A stretch of 64,000 nt of DNA from the human T2T-CHM13v2.0 reference genome, Homo sapiens. Shown here in pieces: positions 42,721-55,944 of the stretch. The translations under genes and the position numbers were made by a program. Numbering within the stretch: position 1 is the first letter of the stretch; each line of letters opens with the position of its first letter. The notes beneath the pieces are model-generated. The model made no database searches. It was not told the DNA's origin and saw only the letters and a program-made list of their open reading frames with translations. Where the stretch lies: NCBI RefSeq assembly GCF_009914755.1, contig NC_060928.1, one strand, 5' to 3'.

Positions 42721-43088
42721 TGCTATGGTCTGAATTTGTCCCACCAAAAAGCATGTGGTGTAAACTTAATACCCAGTGCTACAGCATTGGGAAGTGTGAC
42801 CTTTAGGAGGTGATTAGGCCATGAGGGCATGTCCTCTGAGTGGATTAATGCTGTCATCAATGAGTGGGTTCCTTAAAAAAGAATGAGTTCAGCCCTTTCT
42901 TGCTCTCTTTCTCTCACCCTCTCACCTTCCACCATGGAATGGTGCCCCAAGAAGTCTCTTGCAAGATACTGGCACCTTGATATTGGACTTCCCAGCCTCC
43001 AGAACTGTGAGCCAATAAATTTCTGTTTTACTATAAATTATCAAGCCTGTGGTATTCTACAATAGCAGGACAAAATGAACTAAGAAAA
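42721..43088 (+). mobile_element. MSTD-like MaLR solo LTR
   Basis: Starts tgctatggtctgaat; 'ggacttcccagcctccagaactgtgagccaataaatttctg'. Confidence 0.88.
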
Positions 43089-43848
43089 TACCTCTGCTGA
43101 CTTTGAGGGTTGAATTTCATTCTAAACCATTTTGGTAAGAAAATAAGCATTGTGGGGACAGGTACTAGCATAGGCATTATTACAAATTCAACCCTAAAAC
43201 AATGAAATAGAGTAGAAATTTTAGAAATAAACGTTTACATTTTTGGTTAGTACCTTTTCCACCAGTATGCCAGGACAATTCAATGGGAGAAAGGATAGTC
43301 TTTTCAAAAAATGGGACAACATGAAAAAGAATGACATTAAACCCCATACCTCACATCATATACAAAAATTAATTGAAAAATGGATCATAGACCCAAAGGT
43401 AAGAGCTAACACTATAACTCTTAGAAAAAGTAGGACTAAATTTTTGTGACCTTGGATTAGGTAATGGTTTCTTAGAAATAGCACCAAAAGCACAAGTTGC
43501 CAAAAAAACCCCACAAAAAATAAATTGGACTTTATCAAAATTAAAAGCTTTTGTGCTTCAAAGGAAACAATCAAGAAAGTGAAGACATCTCACAGAGAGA
43601 GAAAACATTAGCAAATCATAAATCTGATAAGGGAGTGGTATCCAGAATACATGACAAACTGTTACAGCTCAATAATAGAAAGACAAATAATCCAACTTAA
43701 AAATGAAGAAAAGATTTGAACAAACATATCTGCAAAGAAGACAAATGAGTGGCCAATAAATATATGAAAAGGTGCTCACCCTCATTAGCCATTAAGGAAA
43801 TGCAAATTAAAACAACAGTGAGATACTACCTCACAACTACTAGGACAA

Positions 43849-44227
43849 AGCTATGGTTTGAATATGTCCCCTTCAAAATTCATGTTGAAACTTAACTAAC
43901 CCCTATTATGGTGGTGTTAAGAGAGAGGCCCTTTAGGAAGTGATTAAGTTGTGATGGTTCTGCCCTCATGAATGGATTAGTGCCTTATAAAAGGGCTGGA
44001 AGGAACAACCTTAGGCTTTTTTTTGCCCTTCTGTCTTCTTCCATTTGAAGACGCTACCATGAGAAGACACCCACCATCAGTGGAACAGGCCCTCACCAGA
44101 CACTAAATCTACCAGTGCCCAGTTCTTGGACTTTGCAGCCTCCAGAACTATAATAAATAAATTTCTGTTGTTTACAAATTACTGAGTCTCAGGTATTTTG
44201 CTACAGCAGCATAAAGGAACTAAGACA
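43849..44227 (+). mobile_element. MST (B/C-type) solo LTR inside L1MB
   Basis: 'gctatggtttgaatatgtcccc' to 'ggaactaagaca'; TSD gacaa / gacag. Confidence 0.88.
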
Positions 44228-44475
44228 GACAGCTATATCAAGAAAGACAGACAATAACAAATGTTGACAAGAACATGAAGAAATTGGAATCACCATACAA
44301 GGCTGGTGGGATTTTAAAATGGCTCAGTCACTTTGGAAAACATTTTGGCAGTTCCTCAGAATTTTAACCTAGAGTTTCTATCTGACCCAGAATATTCAAC
44401 TCCTTGTTATAGACCCATGATTTAAAGTATATGTCCAAATAAAAACTTGAATAAAAACTATGAATAAAAATATTC

Positions 44476-44758
44476 GGCCAGGTGCAGTGGCTCACACCTG
44501 TAATCCCAGCACTTTGGGAGGCCACAGTGGGTGGATCACAAGGTCAGAAGATCAAGACCATCCCGGCCTACATGGTGAAACCCCATCTCTACTAAAAATA
44601 CAAAAATTAGCTGGGTGTGGTGGCACGCACCTGTAGTCCCAGCTACTCAGGAGGCTGAGGCAGGAGAATCACTTGAACCCAGGATGCAGAGGCTGCAATG
44701 AGATGAGATCATGCCACTGCACTCCTGCCTGGGCAACAGAGCAAGACTCTGCCTCAAA
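44476..44758 (+). mobile_element. AluSc-like inside L1MB
   Basis: 'gatcacaaggtcagaagatcaagaccatcc'; TSD aaaaatattc. Confidence 0.9.
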
Positions 44759-47700
44759 AAAAATATTCATAGCAACATTATTCTAAATAGTCCAACAGTA
44801 GAATCAATCCAAATGCCTATCAACTGATGAATAGATAAGTAAAATGTGGTATTTCCATAAAATAAAATATTATTCAGCAGTAAAAAGGAATAAAGTACTG
44901 TCACCTCCTGCAACATAGATGAAACTTGAAAACATTAAGTTAAGTGAAAGAATCTACTCACAAAAGGCAAATCTATAGAGATAGAAAGTACCTTAGATTG
45001 CAAGGAGCTGGGGGAGGGTGGGAATGGGGTGTGACTGTAATAAGTATGTGTTTCTTTTTGGAGTGATAAAATGTTTTAAAATTAGATGTTGGTGATGAAT
45101 GCATAACTGTTATTCTACTATAACTCGCTGAATTGTACACTTTAAAATGGTTAATTTTATATGTCTATTATATCCCAATAAAGTTCTTAAAACAAACTAA
45201 ACTAAAAATAGTAATAGTTCAAACTAAGACATTTAAAATGTTTCTCTGTTTATTGAATAAAGCCCAATTTGTAGTTTAATAAATATTATATGTAAAACAA
45301 AGGAACTAAAGAGATGATTTCTAAGTTTGTCTCCAGAAATACAATTTAGATTTCATGATTCTATAATTTTATACTGAAATCTGAAAAAAAAAAAACTGTA
45401 TCCATTTGTGATCAGTATGTGTCTCTAATTGAAGTTCTCTGTCTCTTTGTCTCTGCTTCTCTCTCCCTCGCTTCCTCCCTCCCTGCTCTCTCTTAATGTA
45501 TTTCTTGATTTATTGAGAGTAAGAAGATTCAAAGCAGGGATAAGAGAGATCAAATTCACCTTTTATATAACATTTAAAGCTCAGTACTTTTTAAATAAAT
45601 ACAATCAAATTTTAATAATGTAGGCAGAGAAGTTCAAACGAAAGCATAGATTTTCTCAGAAAATCTGAGGTTTCCATAGATAACATTATTATTAAATTTT
45701 TATATATTTAAAACAAAAAATTAAGAAAGGTCAATTTACTTGCATGCTCATTCATGATCATTATTTGATTTGATCCCATGGTAAGTATTTCATAAATAGA
45801 CCTCACCAACTATACAAACTCACTATAGTTATCAACTTGGCTATAAAAAGCATTCTAACATCATCAGTTGGAAATACGTTTTAGGAACTGGCAATTTATT
45901 TTTACATTGGATTGTAAACTAAAACTCTAATCAAATTAATATATTTGCTGAATGTCTCTCAGAGAAAATATTAAGAAGTCTAAAATAAATGGTTTCAACC
46001 CCAAGAAAGTTTATGTTTCTCTCTAGTTCAGAAGATCCTTGTCAAACCCCTGTTAATCCTTCAAGATCCACACCACTCTTCTCTGAAATCTTTTTTGCTT
46101 CTTGTAGAGAGACATGGTTAGGTGTGTTGCATCTTTCATTAATGATTGTTTTAAATATTAATATTATCTATTTACATGTCTGCCTGCCTCTCTGGGTCTT
46201 GAGCTCCAGGGTAGTGACCTTATCTTTTATTAATTGATTTATGTGACAAATATATATCAAATACATACTATCATGTTGGGCACATAATGGTAAAACTTTT
46301 AGTCAAATGGTAATAAAAAATAGGGATTGTAAGGCCACTAATTCAGTAATTTCTTCTCAGACTTGCAAGTAAAAATGTAACATTTTTATTTTCTGCAAAA
46401 GACCCTATTTCAGAATATAAATAAAGGTCTCAATTTCTTCCAGCATAAATCTCTTTGGTTTGTTTTAGGTTTTTTTGTGCAAGTTTTCAGTCTTTTAGAT
46501 TTCCTCATTTTCCCTGTGATCTAATTTCAGGTGATTTCTGAGTTTTTTTGGAGACTCAAAAGTCCTTGTAGGAATAGGAGAAAATGGTTTTGAAGGCATA
46601 GTCATAGGAATCCTTGCCAGTTTTCTGAGAAGCATGCAGTCTTACCAACCCCTGACTGCTATCCACTGGATGTGACCACTTCTGTATAGTGTTTTGAGAC
46701 ATTATGTTGGCACCTACTCTGAAATGGTTCTAGTCACTTGCCTCCAATATTGAAATCCCAGAATATTTCAGCCATGACCCTCCAACCTTTGTCAGTCCAT
46801 TAGCCTTCTCAGTATTCTCTATCTCAGATCATGGGAACACTTCTGAATCCATATGTACAGGACATGGAGAGACAGTGTATTTATTTAGACTTTTAGACTT
46901 TCCTAGTTCAGAGCCTCTTTGCATTAATGTTGTTGGTTCTAGGCTAGCTTGGGTGCCAAGTCAAATTCTGGGCTTCTCACAGAGTCCTGAAGCTTCAGCA
47001 AAGCTGTACCAGGGAAGCAGATCATCATCATTGACCTTGTATTTAATTTCTTCAGAGCTGGATCCTACTGGCAGTTGTCATATGCTTTCCTTTAACCCCG
47101 AGTCCATGATGACAAATGGGTTACACCAAGAAAAATCATCTAATCTGTAAAGTATATGTTAATTATATTGAATAGGCATTTATATACCATTGTGAAAGGT
47201 TTTTAATAGCCCCACCATTTAATCCTATACTTATAATTGGTGTGCAGCAGATGAATTTTTAGCCTTAACATTTTTTAAAATTTCGTGATAATTTTAGACA
47301 CACAGAAGAGATGCAAAAAGTAGTACAGAGTCTATTTTATATATATTTACCCAGATTATCCTTATGCCAACATCTTACACAGCCAAAGAATAAAATGATC
47401 AAACCTAGGAAATTAACCTTGGTATTATGCTATTAATGAAACTACAGAATTTATTCAGATTTCACCATTTTTTCACTAGTTTATTTTATTATTTTTGGTT
47501 CAGGATCCAATTTAGAACCTCACATTGTACATAGCTGCTGAATGTCCTTAGCCTCTTCCAATCTGAGATGCTTTCTCAGTCTTTCCTTGTCTTGTTTTTA
47601 ATATTACTGAAGAGGAGTTATTTTATAGAACTTTGCTCCATTTGGGTTTGTTAGATTTTTTATTGATTATATTAAGGCTATGCATTATTAAGAAGAATAA

Positions 47701-47892
47701 TGCATATCAATATCATTTACCTCTGATGATATGCACTTCTGAATGCATCATATCCAAAGTAAATGACATTGATATGTCTTATTACTGATTATATTAATCT
47801 TGATCACTTGGCGTCTGCCATGTTTTTCCATTGTAAAGTTGCTGTTTTTCTCTTTGTGATTACTAAATATTTTGAGAGAGATACTTTGTGAT

Positions 47893-48254
47893 TGCAGTGG
47901 ATTGAATGTTTATGTTCCTTCCAAATTTATGTCCTGAAATTCTAACACCCAAGGTCATGGTATTTGGGAGTGGGGCCTTTGGGAGGTGATGAGGTCATTC
48001 GGGTGGAGCCCTCAAGAATGGGATTAGTGCTGTTGTAAAAGAGACTTCAGAGAGATTGCTTGCACCTTCAGCCATGCGAGGTTACAATGAGAAGACAGCT
48101 TTTTATGAGGAAGTGGGTCCTCACCAGACACTGAACCTGCCAGTGTGTTTATTTTAGACTTACTGGCCTTCAGAACTGTTGAAAAATACATTTCTGTTGT
48201 TTATAAGCCACACAGTCTATGATCATTTGTTAATGCAGTCCAAATGGACACACA
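47893..48254 (+). mobile_element. MLT1A/A0 solo LTR
   Basis: 'ggggcctttgggaggtgat...gggtggagccctcaagaatgggattagtgc'; TSD gtgat / gtgac. Confidence 0.9.
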
Positions 48255-49108
48255 GTGACTATGCAAAATCTTATTTCTACTTAAATTTTACCTATCAATT
48301 TTAGGATCCATCACTGATCCTGCATAAGTCAATTATTGCTGTGGTGTTCTAGCAATGACTTTCTATTTTCTATTTCCCTTATGCCTTTTAAGTTTTTAAT
48401 TAGAAATATTTCGTAAGGATGATTTGTCTCTTTTCCTCTACTGATTTATTTATTCAGTTTTTTTTTAATATCAGAATGAGTATTTATTTCATTCTTTGGG
48501 TTACAATACAATACTATCATTACTTTTTTTGTTTCTCAAATTGTCCTAATTTTGGCTATTGGGATTTTTTTTCAGGTTGTCTCTTTTGCCCTTTGAATAT
48601 GCTTTGATATTTTATTTGCTCATTTTTAATTACTTTCTTACTCTCCACTATCACAAATTGTTCCAGGATTGTTTATATTTTTCCTGCCATAACCCTGAAA
48701 TGAATCATTTTTCCAAGGAACCATAGTTCCTTTTATGAGCACATGATATTTAGAAATGAAGCTCTTTGCTGCTGGCATGATACTTCTTCTAGCACATTTT
48801 AATGGATACAACTGGAGATACATGTATTACACTAACTCATGCCTATAAACATAAGGCATGAGCCTCATATTTGTTTATCTACATTTGCAGATATTTGAAA
48901 ATCATGAGTTCATACTGATATCTCCATCTCTAATCCAGTACCAGTGGTTCATTCCAGCATCCACCCTTTCCTTATTTGTAACTTCTTCTTTTGACAGTGA
49001 GAAACTCAGCTTTCACTATCTACACTATATTTACTTATTAGCTCAACCTTACTATAAAATATGAAATGAAACCCATACCCATGTAAGAGACTAATTTGCC
49101 AACTGTAT

Positions 49109-49332
49109 CAGGAATTAGCAACCTATGGCTCACAAGCCACATCTGACCCTGTATTTGTTTTTATAAATAAAGTGTTGTTAAAACATAGCCACACTCATTT
49201 ATTTATGTATTGTCTATGGCTGCTTCTGTGCTCCAACAGCAGGGTTGAGAAGTGGTAATGGAGACTATATGACCCACAAAGCCTAACATATTTACTATCT
49301 TGTTTTTTACTCAAAAAGTTTGCCAACCCCTA
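49109..49332 (+). mobile_element. MER58A, full length
   Basis: 224 bp, from caggaattagcaacctatggc to aaagtttgccaaccccta. Confidence 0.9.
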
Positions 49333-50345
49333 CACTAGAGCAGAGTGTTAGTGTACATTACTTTTTGTCTTTAAAATATACCGTCACATAACTGCTTACC
49401 AAAGTTACTTAAGTCAGCTCCTTTCTTCCTCATGTCCTTTAGTGTGATCATGTGATTCATCTGTAATACAGCTAGATTTATTTGGCAGTTTGCGTTCCAC
49501 TCCTCCACACATCCTGTTTGATTTTTAAAAAAGGAACGTGCAGTAAAATTCACTCTTTGCGGCTTACGTTTCTGTGAGTTTGACAAATGCAATGAGTCAT
49601 GTGTCCACAGTCACAGTTTCATACAGAACAGTTTTCTCATCCCCCAAGTTCCCAGTTGCTTCTAATTTATATTCACCTCTCCCATCATTCCTCTACCACC
49701 GGCAACCATTAAGCTACTTTCTATTCCAATAGTTTTGCCTTTTCCAGAGTGTTTATTAATGAAATTATACAAAATGAGCCTTTTAATGTCTGACTTATTT
49801 CATTTAGCAAAGTGTATTTAAAATACAAGCATGTTGTGCTAAAATATTTACTACCTGGTCCTTTACAGGAAAACATTTACCTATCCCTATTGTAAAGAAT
49901 AGAAAGGAGTGGAAGTATATGGGTGACCTTGTTGGTGACATAATATAGAAAGCAAAGAGGAAATGAAAAATTGTTCCATAATTTCAACTTTGGATTATTG
50001 AGAGCATGTTTTACCTTAATAAAAATAGGAAGCCCTGTATTTGGGCTTTTCTCAAATGGCCAGACACCTTTGTGTAATTTACCACTATGTAAAGCTAAAA
50101 TAATGAACAGTAAGTAGTCATGAGTTTGCTATGCAGCAAATCCTATGAAATATATCAGTTTTAAGTTTAGTTGCTGGGGAATGGAAAGCACTCAGTGGTA
50201 GGAGTTGGGATGCAAACATAGAAGAAAGGGTTTCTATGTCATTTGGCCTGTACGATTTTGTCTGTCTAAAAAAGGGTTGTTCAGAAAGCTCCTCATAAGG
50301 CAACAATAGAAGTCATTTCATAAATTTTTTTTTCAGATAACATAT

Positions 50346-50888
50346 TGTGATGGTTAACTTTATGTGTCAATATGACTGGAATATGGGATATCCAGGTAGC
50401 TAGGAAAATATTTCTGAGTGTATCTGTGATGGTGGTTTTGGAGGAGATTAGTATTTCGGTCAGTAGACTCAGCAAAGAAGATCCACCCTCAACAATATAG
50501 GCTGGCATCATGCAGTCTGTTGAGGGCCCATATCAAACCAAAAGGAAGGGGCAAATTCTGTTTCTCTCTTCTTGAGCTGGGACATCCATCTGCTTATACC
50601 CTTGCACATCGGAGCCTTCAGACGCTGGGACTCACACCAGCACACTTCTGCCTACTCCCTACCTTGTCAGGCTGTTGGCCCCAGACTGTGAAATCCATCA
50701 TCTGCTCTCCTGCTTCTTTGGCCGTGGTACTCAGTCTGAATTACACCACCAGTTTTTCTGGGTCTGAGGACATACTGTGGGACTTCTCAGCCTCCATAAT
50801 CACATGAGCCAATTCTTATAAATCTTTCTCTTATGTATTTGTATATGTCCTGTTGGTTCTGTTTCTCTGGAGAGCCCTGACTAATACT
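50346..50888 (+). mobile_element. MLT2B-type ERVL solo LTR
   Basis: Starts tgtgatggttaactttatgtgtcaa; ends gttctgtttctctggagagccctgactaatac. Confidence 0.9.
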
Positions 50889-51197
50889 AGTCAGGGTTTT
50901 TTTATTATTCTAAAATTTCAAATGGTAGAGAGAAAGTGAGAGTAACCTTGCAATTTCACATTATCAGAATAACCACTATTAACCTGTTGGTAATTTCTTG
51001 CAGAATTTCTTACGCATGTAGAGCTAGCGGGAGAGATAGAGATATAACTGTGCCATAATATTCTCCCTTAGCTGCATTTTAAAGTAATATATTGTTTATG
51101 TCTTTTAAAAGAATACATTCAGTTCTATTTTATTATTTTTTAATGACTGCATAATATTCAATTATATAATTGTACTGTTATTTATATAACCAATCCG

Positions 51198-51332
51198 TTT
51201 TTTTCTTCTTTTTCTGGAGACAGGGTCTTGCTATGTTGCCCAGGCTGGTCCCAAACTCCTGGACTCAAGTAGGCCTCCTGCCTCAGCCTCCCAAAGTGTT
51301 TGGATTATAGGCACAAGCCAGAACACCAGGCC
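51198..51332 (-). mobile_element. FLAM_C-like Alu monomer
   Basis: 'gagacagggtcttgctatgttgcccaggctggtcccaaactcctgg...cctcccaaagtg'. Confidence 0.85.
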
Positions 51333-51895
51333 CAGTCAATTTTTGATATTAATATAGATAATGTCTTAATATAGATAACAAACTTAATAATAGCTAAGTT
51401 TTCACTGTTAAAACATAAAAAGGACAATTTTATGCAAAAATATTCGTTCATAATTCCAGCACTATTTTCCTAACATAAAAAGTTAAAAATATGACATTTT
51501 ATATTTTGTGTTTTGCAAGAAGTTTTCATTAGTATTGTGAGATATCTTTAAATACTTTTATAAAACTTATTTTCATTTTTGATCATTTGGTACTTATCAA
51601 ATACCACAAAGTACTATTAGTTCTTATATGAGCCTCATCTCAGTATAACCAACTAGTAAAAATTACTTGAGACTACTATGTTTTAAACTTACTTCACATC
51701 ACCCAGATATTGATTCTATTGTGCTATAAGCTTCTTACAATCAATAAACACAGGAAATGCAAAAATCTAACATTTGTAATACATGACTCTCATCCTCCTA
51801 CCGTATGAAAAATTTGTAGTAGTTTTGTGAATAGTGCATTTCTATTTCTGAACTGTGACTATTTGGTTTTCCTTACTACAGTGAAAGACCTAGTC

Positions 51896-52562
51896 CTGGG
51901 TGTCCAATCTTTTGGCTTCCCTGGGCCACACCAGAAGAATTGTCTTGGGCCACTGTATTAGTCAGGGTTCTCTAGAGTGAGAGAACTAATAGGATCGATA
52001 TTTACATAAAGGTGAGTTTATTAAGTGTTAACTCACACAATCACAAGGTCCCACAATAGGCCATCTGCAGGCTAAGGAGCAAGGAAGCCAGTCCAAGTCC
52101 CAAAACTGAAGAACTTGGAGTCAGATGTTTGAAGGCAGGAAGCATCCACCATAAGAGGATACTTGAAGCTTAGGCCAGTCTAGTCTTTTCACGTTTTTCT
52201 GCCTGCTTTATATTCTAGCCTTGCTGGCAGGTGATTAGATTGTGCCTACCCAGATTAAGGCTGGGTCTGCCTTTCCCAGCCCACTGACTCAAATGTTAAT
52301 CTCCTTTGGCAACACCATCACAGACACAACCAAGATCACTACTTTGCATCCTTCAATCCAGTCAAGTTGACACTCAGTATTAACCATCACAGCCACACAT
52401 AAAATACACTAACACTAACTATAGCTGATGAGTGAAAAAAAAAAAAAAAAAGGTTCATGCATAAACCTCATAATGTTTTAAGAAAGTTTATGAATTGGGA
52501 CACATTCAAAGCCGTCCTGGGCCACATGTAGCCCATGGCCTGCCACAGGTTGGAGAAACTTG
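51896..52562 (+). mobile_element. MER30 MITE split by MLT2A1
   Basis: 'gggtgtccaatcttttggcttccctgggccaca' ... 'ggttggagaaacttg'; TSD acctagtc / acatagtc. Confidence 0.9.
51954..52391 (-). mobile_element. MLT2A1/A2 (HERV-L) solo LTR
   Basis: 'tgtattagtcagggttctctagag' ... 'caagttgacactcagtattaaccatcaca'; perfect TSD gccac. Confidence 0.93.
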
Positions 52563-52910
52563 ACATAGTCATTTATCTAGTTGCTTAATCCAGAAAACTG
52601 GTTTTTCTTCTTCTTAATGTTTCTGGGATTATCCATGTATCTCTATTCCCAGTATTACTTTTAGTACATTCCGTTCTCCCACAAGACTCCAACAGCTTCC
52701 TAATTGTTCTACCTGTCTCTGACTATGCCCTAATACGAACATTCACCTTATTATAGCTAGAGACCTAGATAAAAAAGGAATTTGAGACTAGATTCTGGCT
52801 CCTGCTTATCTCTCAGCCTCATCCCAACTTTTCTCTTCCTGTACTCCACATTCAAGGCATTCCAAAATAGTACTAAGACTCTAAATATACAATATTTTCT
52901 GGTGCTTCTA

Positions 52911-53371
52911 TATTATAGTGAAGGCCTGAAATTTTAGAAGGGTCTTGAGTGGCCTAACAACAAGTTATCCTCCCCCTCTGCTTCTGCAATAAGCTCCCCT
53001 AGCCAAATAACCCTCCTATCATGGGGACCAGGCACAATCCCTATGTCCCCTGGCTTCACTTTTGTGCCAGCTCACAAAATTATTCAAAGAAGCCACTCAC
53101 ATCCTTCCATAGGAAGCAGGGTTCACCCTACCCTCTTGTTACTACAAAGCCCCCCACAGCCCCTGCTTGTTCATCGATTCCCAAGTGCACCTCCACATAG
53201 TCCTCCTTGGTTTAGGATGTCCTTCTCCCCTGGGCTCTGCGTATATCTGATTAATAAACTCCTGTCAATCTCATCTGTTCAATGGCAGGTGTTGTGTTTT
53301 CAGCCATTTCCTTAACCCTAGGGTAGGAATCCCTTCCTCATCAACAGAGTGAAGAAGAGGTGAATACAACA
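52911..53371 (+). mobile_element. ERVL-class solo LTR (MER74/LTR53/MER88 group; family uncertain)
   Basis: 'attattcaaagaagccactcacatcc...ccctcttgttactacaaagcc...aataaactcctgtcaatctcatctg' ending caaca. Confidence 0.65.
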
Positions 53372-54347
53372 TGGGTATGCTATATTTCCTATGTTTTGGA
53401 AGAAAGTTTCCATTTATCTTGCTAAATTCTAGTCATCCATTGGGACTCAGTATTGAAATGGTATACCTTGTCTCTTTTAATAACCCAACCTCTGCACTTT
53501 AATCAAATTAAAGCCTTTTTAAAATGCCCCTGACACACTGCTTCAATCTGAGAAACCTTTAGCAGGGGAGGAGAGTGTGGACACTTCTCCATTTCCTTAC
53601 CTTGTTCTGATCCTTCTTGGCATCACTTGGCCCACAAGGCTGCTCTTGCAACTTCCTGGATTGGTTCTGGAGGGAGAACAAAAGATGTGAAAAACATCTT
53701 AGTTGACAGAGGCAGATACAATTTGGTATTTAGTGTCCTCTGAGTATGGCAGATTCCCAGGGCTCATTTTTTTTTCTGGAATATTTTTGTGGCTTTCTTA
53801 GATTTTCTCCCTTTGCAAAAACATCAAAATTCAGTTTTTGTGTGTGGGGAATGTTTCTGTGACAGTTATTCCCTACATTCCCCTGTCTCCCAGCAGCTTC
53901 TCCATTGGACAGTGTATCTACAGCCTCTTCTTGCTAAAGGCTCCTCCTTCCTGGCAGCAAATGCTCTTGAAGAGGAGTGTCCCATTAAAAGAGCATGTCA
54001 GGTTCTTTCCTATAAAACCCACTTCTCAACATAAAAATTACACCTCTCTGACCAACCACTGATGGAAAATAGAGACTTCTTTCTTTACAGATCCAGGTAC
54101 AAACTTCCACTTCTGAATTTCTCAGGTGTGAAGCAAACACCAAATGTTTATATCTCTAAACTTTAGTGGACAAATATCAAATTATCTGGGCAGCACTTTG
54201 GAAGATCCACTTCGCAGCTGTGAGGTCAGGACAAACACCTTGTTTCTTAGCCACATAATAGAAATAGGTAAAATGCCACTGCATCTGGGCAACTTATTTT
54301 AAAGAAATTCTCTCTTTAGTTAGGTTTCTTCAACTTTTTACAACCTG

Positions 54348-54812
54348 CAAACATTTGAATGTGTCTTGCAAATTTCACGTGTTGGAAACTGAATCCCCAA
54401 ATTCATATGTTGATTGGACATGGGACCTTTGGGAGGTAATTAGAATTAGATAAGGTCATCAGGGTGAGGCCTTCGTTATGGGGCTGGTGACTATAGGAAT
54501 AGGAAGACAGACCTGAGCTGACACACACGCTGTCACCCTCTCGCCCTGTGATGCCCTCCATCATATTATGATGCTGCAAGAAGACCCTACCAGATGCCAG
54601 CACCATGCCCTTGGACTTCCTAGCCTCTAGAACTGTAATAAATAAATTTTATTTTTTAACCCAAGAGGCGGAGGTTGCAGTGAGCCGAGATCGTGCCATT
54701 GCACTCCAGCTTGGGCCACAGGGCGAGACACAGTCTTAATAAATGAATAAATAAATAAATCACCTAATCTGTGATATTCTGTTACAACCTGTATAGAATA
54801 TAAACCAAGACA
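54348..54812 (+). mobile_element. MSTC solo LTR containing a 5'-truncated Alu 3' end (about 54658-54760)
   Basis: 'ccccaaattcatatgttgattgg...tagataaggtcatcagggtg'; Alu piece 'aacccaagaggcggaggttgcagtgagccgagatc' with (TAAA)n tail. Confidence 0.85.
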
Positions 54813-55944
54813 TATTTTCAAATCAGGGTATGAGTCAATAAGTGCAAAAATATTTTTTACTACTTACTTCGCAGTCCTACATAGATGATTTAGCAAGATA
54901 CTTTGAAATGGAGGGCAGCTGGCATGTATGGTTCTGTTTTTCTTTTGGGCCTGGCATGAAACTGAAGCATATGAAGTCTCATTTTAATATCCTGTTATAT
55001 TTTGTACCTAAATTTTATTTTCTACAACATTAATTAATTTATATTCTTAACAGTCTGACTAGATCTTTTTCTATATAAAAAAGTTAATTGTCAATGAACT
55101 TGCTACATTAACCAAAGATTTTGAATAAAAATTAATAATTTGGTTAAAACTATGTTGAGTATATATTTTCTAAGCTTATTCATATTGGAAACTGCAAGGT
55201 TTTATGTTGAATCATATGTTCCATGATCATTTCAAAATAAATAACCATTTTAATAATGTTTGTTATGGGTTTTTAAAATAGGTCACATCTTGTTTGGCAT
55301 TTTAATTCCTCATGCATCAGTGGCAACATCAAAGGCAAGTTTTTCTCTTTTATCGTAAATGATTTTGTTTGGATTCTCTGAATCTCAAATGAGGTCATGA
55401 TGAGCATTAGGAGTTCTGAGGAGGCCTCTCAAACTCCTGCGGTTGTAAGAAAAGTTTGTGTGTAAAATTATAAATTATTATAGTGCAACTTAATCCTAGA
55501 AGGACAGTGCCCCAAGACAATTTAAAAAATCAACATATATTTTGGTGAAAGGAAGCTAAGTAATATAAAACAAACATGCTAATAAACAAAAACCCAGCAC
55601 TAATTGTATATCAAGATAATTGTGTTTATGCATTAATATTCACATTCTACAAAGGATCTGACTTGACTTACAGAAATACATTGTATATAATAAGATTTTT
55701 TCTTAAAAAGGACTTCCAGTTTGAACCTGAATACATATAGCCAAAATGTTTCTCCTTTTAAGAAATCACAAGAAGGCAACAAGAAGATAATTGAACACAA
55801 ATCACTTCTTTGGTAAAACCAGCTGACAGATAAACCCCAGACTCAAAAATAGTTGGAAAGGATTCCATAAACAATGAAGGTCAAACAGCAGGGCTGGAAT
55901 CAAGGAGACTGACAAAATAATATATTTTCAATAATCTCAGAGAG

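Larger units (their letters stand above)
43195..45195 (+). mobile_element. L1MB-type 3' portion (ORF2 end and 3'UTR), interrupted by an MST LTR and an Alu
   Basis: 'aattcaatgggagaaaggatagtcttttcaa...atcaaaattaaaagcttttgtgcttcaaagg...gaattgtacactttaaaatgg...caataaag'. Confidence 0.88.
47270..49838 (-). mobile_element. L1MC/MD-type 3' region interrupted by MLT1A and MER58A
   Basis: 'ataattttagacacacagaagagatgcaaaaagtagtacagag...ttgatcacttgg...gagtttgacaaatgca...gttttgcctttt'. Confidence 0.82.
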
